A stretch of 35,071 bases of DNA from Pseudomonadota bacterium. Its GTDB lineage: Bacteria > Bdellovibrionota_G > JALEGL01 > DATDPG01. A program made the translations under genes and the position numbers. The notes under the pieces were generated by a model. It was given only the letters and a program-made list of their open reading frames with translations, was not told the DNA's origin and made no database searches. Position 1 is the first letter of the stretch. Each line of letters begins with the position of its first letter. The DNA lies in the NCBI GenBank assembly GCA_043804515.1, contig JAZDIZ010000070.1, positions 1 through 35,071 of the forward strand. The letters run 5' to 3'. Of the stretch, positions 30,725 through 35,071 are shown one piece after another.

Positions 30725-32977
30725 ATGCGTTCGCTAGAGGGCCTAAATCCCGAGCAGAAGGCCGCCGTCGAGACCATCGACCGGCACCTTCTCGTCGTTG
30801 CCGGCGCCGGCTCCGGCAAGACCCGCGTCCTCACGCACAAGATCGCTTATCTCGTCGAGGAACAAAGGGTGCCTCCGCACGCCGTCCTCGCCATGACCTT
30901 CTCCAACCGCGCCGCGCGCGAGATGCTCGAACGCGTGCGCATCCTGCTGCCGAGTTACGAACAACCCCGCTGGATCGGAACGTTCCACTCCATTTGCCTT
31001 AGGTTCCTCAAGGAATTTTCCCGCGAGGCCGGCCTTCCCCCGTATTTCACGATCTACGACGAAAGCGACCAGATCTCGGCCTTGAAACGGGCCACAAGAG
31101 AGCTGAACCTGGATCCGAAGCGTTTCCCTCCGTCGACGATCCAGTATTACATCGATCGGGCCAAGAACGAGACGGGTGACGTCCTGAAATGGCTGACGAC
31201 TAAGCAGGTCCTAACGGAGGGCGCACTCAAGATCGCGGAAGCGTACGAGCGGCTCCTCCGCCAAAATCACGCGCTCGATTTCGGAGATTTGCTCACGCAA
31301 GCCGTGCGTATTCTGCGCGACGTTCCGGCCGTTCGCGACGAGCTGCGCCGGCGTTTTAAAAGGATCCTGATCGACGAGTACCAGGATACAAACCGAATCC
31401 AGAAGGAACTGGTCCGGGAATTGGCCGGGGCCGGCGCCGTCGTCTGCGCCGTTGGAGACGAGGACCAATCGATCTACGGCTGGCGGGGGGCCCGCGTGGA
31501 AAACATCCTGGAGTTCGATTCGGATTTTCCGGGAGCCCATATCGTCAAGTTGGAGCAGAACTACCGTTCCACGCAGCGGATTCTGGACGCCGCCAACCAC
31601 GTGATCGGCCACAACGTCGGGCGCCGGGGGAAGAACCTCTGGACGAAGAACGAGGAGGGAGCACTCGTGACGTTCCGCCAGACGGAAGACGATCACGAGG
31701 AAGCGGCTTACGTGTTCGACCGAATCGAGGAAATGCTCCGGGAGAAAGCTCACCCGGCTCGTGAGATCGCGATCTTCTACCGCACGCACGCCCAATCGCG
31801 GATCCTGGAGGAGGAATCGCGCCGGAGGAACCTCCCCTACCGCATTTTCGGCGGCGTCCGCTTCTATGATCGTGCGGAAATCAAAGACATGATGGCCTTC
31901 CTGCGCCTGCTTCTCAATCCCGCCGACGATCTTTCCTTTCTCCGGGTCGTCAACCTTCCGTCTCGTGGGATCGGGGGAAAAACGCTCGAATCTCTCGGAA
32001 TTCTGGCCCGCGAAAAAGGATGTTCGTTGTTGGCGTCGATCCCTCACGTCCAGGGGCAAACCAAGGCCGAGCGTGCCCTGCGCGATTTCCACGAATGGTT
32101 TGCGCCCCTACTCAAAGAAGCCTCGACGAGAATTCCGGCCGACGCGGCGGAAGAGATTCTCGAGCGAAGCGGCTATCGGAAGGCGCTTCAAGAGGCGGAC
32201 ACGATCGAGGCCGAATCCAGACTCGAGAACATCGACGAGCTGCTCCGATCGATGGAGGAATTCGCCGAGGAAGACGAGGGAGCCCTTCCCGCTTATTTGG
32301 ACCGCGTCTCGTTGATTGCCGATGTCGACTCCTTCGACCCCCAAGGCGACGTTCTGACGCTCATGACCACGCACAATTCGAAAGGCCTCGAGTTCAACGC
32401 GGTCTTCGTCGTGGGAATGGAGGAGGGAATTTTCCCTCACCAGCGTTCGCTGGACGACGGGGACCCGAACGAGATCGAGGAGGAGCGCCGCCTGTGCTAC
32501 GTCGCCATGACCCGCGCCCGAAAGGCACTCACGCTCACGGCCGCCGCGCGCCGGAGGCTCTACCAGTCCACGCAATATAACCCGGTGTCGCGCTTCATCG
32601 GCGAGATCCCGGCCAAATTCCTCAAAGATGAGACCGGAAGCGGACAGGATGCGAGCCGAGTCCAAGTGAGCCGTTATTCCTATTGGGGCAAGGCCCGCAC
32701 TCCCCGCAAGAGCCCCCAAACCGACGAGTACCGGCAGGAATCGTACGATGAGGACGATCTCCCCAGAAGGGCTGTTTGGGGAAAGGCCGCGGTCAAAGCG
32801 CAGATGAATGCCCCATTCCCCCCCGGAGCGCAGGTCCTCCACCCGGACTTCGGGTTGGGCACGGTCCGGAGGTGCGAAGGAAAAGATGACAATCTCAAGC
32901 TAACCGTTCAATTTCAAAGCGTAGGGCTGAAGAAGTTGATGCTCAAGTATTGCACGCTGGAGCTTGTGAGCCGCTGA
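30725..32977 (+). CDS. uvrD: UvrD/PcrA SF1 DNA helicase
   Basis: AGAGSGKT, DEYQD, VGDEDQSIYGWRGA, LEQNYRST, SKGLEF, EERRLCYVAMTRA and a C-terminal Tudor-like domain. Confidence 0.96.
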   Translation: MRSLEGLNPEQKAAVETIDRHLLVVAGAGSGKTRVLTHKIAYLVEEQRVPPHAVLAMTFSNRAAREMLERVRILLPSYEQPRWIGTFHSICLRFLKEFSREAGLPPYFTIYDESDQISALKRATRELNLDPKRFPPSTIQYYIDRAKNETGDVLKWLTTKQVLTEGALKIAEAYERLLRQNHALDFGDLLTQAVRILRDVPAVRDELRRRFKRILIDEYQDTNRIQKELVRELAGAGAVVCAVGDEDQSIYGWRGARVENILEFDSDFPGAHIVKLEQNYRSTQRILDAANHVIGHNVGRRGKNLWTKNEEGALVTFRQTEDDHEEAAYVFDRIEEMLREKAHPAREIAIFYRTHAQSRILEEESRRRNLPYRIFGGVRFYDRAEIKDMMAFLRLLLNPADDLSFLRVVNLPSRGIGGKTLESLGILAREKGCSLLASIPHVQGQTKAERALRDFHEWFAPLLKEASTRIPADAAEEILERSGYRKALQEADTIEAESRLENIDELLRSMEEFAEEDEGALPAYLDRVSLIADVDSFDPQGDVLTLMTTHNSKGLEFNAVFVVGMEEGIFPHQRSLDDGDPNEIEEERRLCYVAMTRARKALTLTAAARRRLYQSTQYNPVSRFIGEIPAKFLKDETGSGQDASRVQVSRYSYWGKARTPRKSPQTDEYRQESYDEDDLPRRAVWGKAAVKAQMNAPFPPGAQVLHPDFGLGTVRRCEGKDDNLKLTVQFQSVGLKKLMLKYCTLELVSR

Positions 32978-33537
32978 TGGACTGGCAGTGCACTCAATGC
33001 GGCTTCCCTTTCGAGCCCCAGGAGGAACGGGGCGAGATCCAATGCCCGCGGTGCGGCGTGCTTCAGGATCTTGTGAGGCCTCTGAAGGCATCGCCCGCTC
33101 TTGGTTCCCTCGAAGATCAAACGGAGCACGCTGAACCCAAAGACCCGTCGGCGCGGAACGGAGAAGGAGCCCCCTCCGGAAAGGTCACCCCTGTTCCGCA
33201 GGTGTCACCCGTTACGGATCCCTCGGCCCGCGCACGAAGGCCGGACCGGATTCTGGATTTGTTCGGCCCGACGCTTCTGGTCTGCCTGATTTTCGTCGTT
33301 TGGGTCATTTGGGACAAAAAGCTGAGGCCGCCTCCCGCCGTAAACACCACGGTTCAGGTCGAAGTCGACAAGGCGCTTAAGCTTTCGATCGAGGCCCTGC
33401 GGAAGGGGGATGGTGCGGTGGCCCTTCGTTACTCCAATGAAGCGCTCCGCCTGGACCCGAAGTCCGAACTCGCGAACGAGGTCCACCTTCTTCTGAATCC
33501 GCCGGCATCGGGACCCTCGAACGCTCCCCCGAAGTAG
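32977..33537 (+). CDS. Zn-ribbon, Pro-rich linker, TM and TPR-like protein
   Basis: ATG overlaps the uvrD stop (TGATG); CTQC...CPRC, one TM helix, then YSNEALRLDPKS. Confidence 0.75.
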   Translation: MDWQCTQCGFPFEPQEERGEIQCPRCGVLQDLVRPLKASPALGSLEDQTEHAEPKDPSARNGEGAPSGKVTPVPQVSPVTDPSARARRPDRILDLFGPTLLVCLIFVVWVIWDKKLRPPPAVNTTVQVEVDKALKLSIEALRKGDGAVALRYSNEALRLDPKSELANEVHLLLNPPASGPSNAPPK

Positions 33538-33597
33538 CAAAATCGAGGGACAGCTTATCTATTTCTGATGCGAAGGGTATCCCCAGATTTCGGCCTT

Positions 33598-34182
33598 TCA
33601 AATTTCGAATACTCTTGAAATGTAATCAGTCAGATCCGTTGCGCAATGCACGCATCGTCCACCCGGAGGTGCAATCCGAGATTTCAACGGAAGTTTCCAA
33701 CCGAAGAAGTCCCAAGACTTTCCGCATACAGGGCATTTGACCGCTTTGGCTCCATAGAAAGCCGCCGCGGACACGGCCACTGCTAGAATTCCGAAGAGAG
33801 CCACAAGGAGTCCGATGAGATTTGAGTCTCTCCAGAATCGAATCTGGGGAAGACTGACAGCGAGAAAAACGAGGATCATCGCGACAAGGCTTGCCCATGC
33901 AAACAGCCAGGTACGACGAAAAGCAATCCGCCTCAACGGAGCATCTCGTTCAGCTGTCTTCACATCCAGGATCTGATACCTATCTTTCTCCTTCCCAGGA
34001 AGCGGTTTTCCACAGTTAACGCAGTGAATGCCAATGGGCTCAGAAAGAAAATTGAGGCTAAATTGTTCACCACAAAACCGGCAGGCTCTTGGCCCAAAGG
34101 CAAAGGGGAGCACGACTCGAATGAAGATCAAGACCAGAGCCAACAGAAGAAGGATCCCGAGAGCAGGGAGAAGTAGGCCCAC
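33598..34182 (-). CDS. Membrane protein with two CxxC...CxxC Zn-ribbon modules
   Basis: TM, then CRFC/CVNC, two TMs, then CPVC/CVHC. Likely GTG start at 34182 with GGAG upstream. Confidence 0.65.
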   Translation of the reverse strand: MGLLLPALGILLLLALVLIFIRVVLPFAFGPRACRFCGEQFSLNFLSEPIGIHCVNCGKPLPGKEKDRYQILDVKTAERDAPLRRIAFRRTWLFAWASLVAMILVFLAVSLPQIRFWRDSNLIGLLVALFGILAVAVSAAAFYGAKAVKCPVCGKSWDFFGWKLPLKSRIAPPGGRCVHCATDLTDYISRVFEI

Positions 34183-34294
34183 GCCTTTCAGTCTCCCCCG
34201 ATCGGCATGCGAACGCAAAAAAGCCGATCGAAGGGGGACGGAGCCATGAAGGCCGAGATAAGACGGGATTCACAAACGGACAAAGCGTGGTATC

Positions 34295-34930
34295 GTGCAA
34301 CCACTTATGACTACAAATCTTTTTGGATCACACAGGGTTTCTTCGGTTGCAATCACATTTTTGATCTCTCTCGGGATTCTCGCGATGGCGGGCGGTTGTT
34401 CAAAGAAAGAGGAGAACGCGGCGGCGCCGCCGTCCCTCACACCGGTCGCCACGCCTGAGAACGTCACACCCGCAGCACCCGAAGGCACACCCTTGTCAGC
34501 CGCTACGGTCGCACCCACTCCAATTCCGCCGGAAATCCTCAGCGGAAAAGTGATCCAGGTGGTCCGGGCCGACACACTCAAGGTTCAGGAAGGGACGAGG
34601 AAGGTTACGGTGAAGCTCTACGGGATCGACCTTCCCTCCAAGAAGGCCGCGATCCTCAAGAAGGCCAAGGCGTACATCACGAAGCTTGTCCTCAAGAAGA
34701 CCGTCTCCGTGGAAGTGCGGGAAAAGGCCGACTCGCGGATCACCGGGATCGTGACGCTCGCTTCGGGAACCAATCTGAGCCACGAACTTCTGAAGAGAGG
34801 CTACGCCTCACTGGATTCGAACGCCGTGACCGAAGACGCGGAGACCCAGCTTCAGGACCAGGCCAAGGCCGCGAAAAAAGGTATGTGGGCCGCGCCCGCC
34901 AAGAAGAAACACCGACGACGGACGTATTAG
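34295..34930 (+). CDS. Thermonuclease (SNase-fold) lipoprotein, probably catalytically degenerate
   Basis: Lipobox-like AGGC, Pro-rich linker, GKVIQVVRADTL, LYGID, NLSHELLKRGYA and AKAAKKGMW. Confidence 0.85.
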   Translation: MQPLMTTNLFGSHRVSSVAITFLISLGILAMAGGCSKKEENAAAPPSLTPVATPENVTPAAPEGTPLSAATVAPTPIPPEILSGKVIQVVRADTLKVQEGTRKVTVKLYGIDLPSKKAAILKKAKAYITKLVLKKTVSVEVREKADSRITGIVTLASGTNLSHELLKRGYASLDSNAVTEDAETQLQDQAKAAKKGMWAAPAKKKHRRRTY

Positions 34931-34948
34931 AAGAAGATATCTCTAATC

Positions 34949-34989
34949 GGGGACACACGCCGGTCGTGTGTCCCCTCTTTCTTTTCTTT
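34949..34989 (+). terminator. Intrinsic terminator
   Basis: 11-bp stem GGGGACACACG/CGTGTGTCCCC with a 5-nt loop and a T-rich tail. Confidence 0.7.
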
Positions 34990-35071
34990 ATATTTCTCGA
35001 GGCCCACAACGAACGTGTCCCCCGCGGTCATGCCCAATCACATCTTGTTCAACGGCTATGCCTCGTTAATA

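Overview
GC-rich chromosomal segment of a diderm bacterium. Gene order and the HU and ThrRS variants suggest a Deltaproteobacteria-like lineage (Myxococcota/Bdellovibrionota-like); this is inference. The core is housekeeping. On the minus strand are prfB-lysS(class I)-lolE-lolD-bamA-skp-tRNA-Val(GAC) and thrS-infC-rpmI-rplT-pheS-pheT-merR-iscS. Also present are PBP1A, UvrD/PcrA, HU, an Slt lytic transglycosylase broken by one in-frame TAG, a secreted M3 oligopeptidase, three GT-C-like membrane glycosyltransferases, tRNA-Pro(GGG), two Zn-ribbon membrane proteins and a degenerate SNase-fold lipoprotein. The most striking unannotated signal is a homologous ~200-bp non-coding element downstream of both tRNA genes, which lie 14 kb apart. 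Each copy ends in a 23-bp duplicate of its own host tRNA's 3' end. The copies share spaced motifs, a covarying stem around a 75-77 nt variable core, and a hairpin that pairs with the tRNA's ACCA end. Other oddities: prfB has no programmed frameshift (a vestige is visible), infC starts with GTG rather than AUU, a class I LysRS occupies the usual lysS slot, ihfA is absent from its usual position, and several genes look leaderless.
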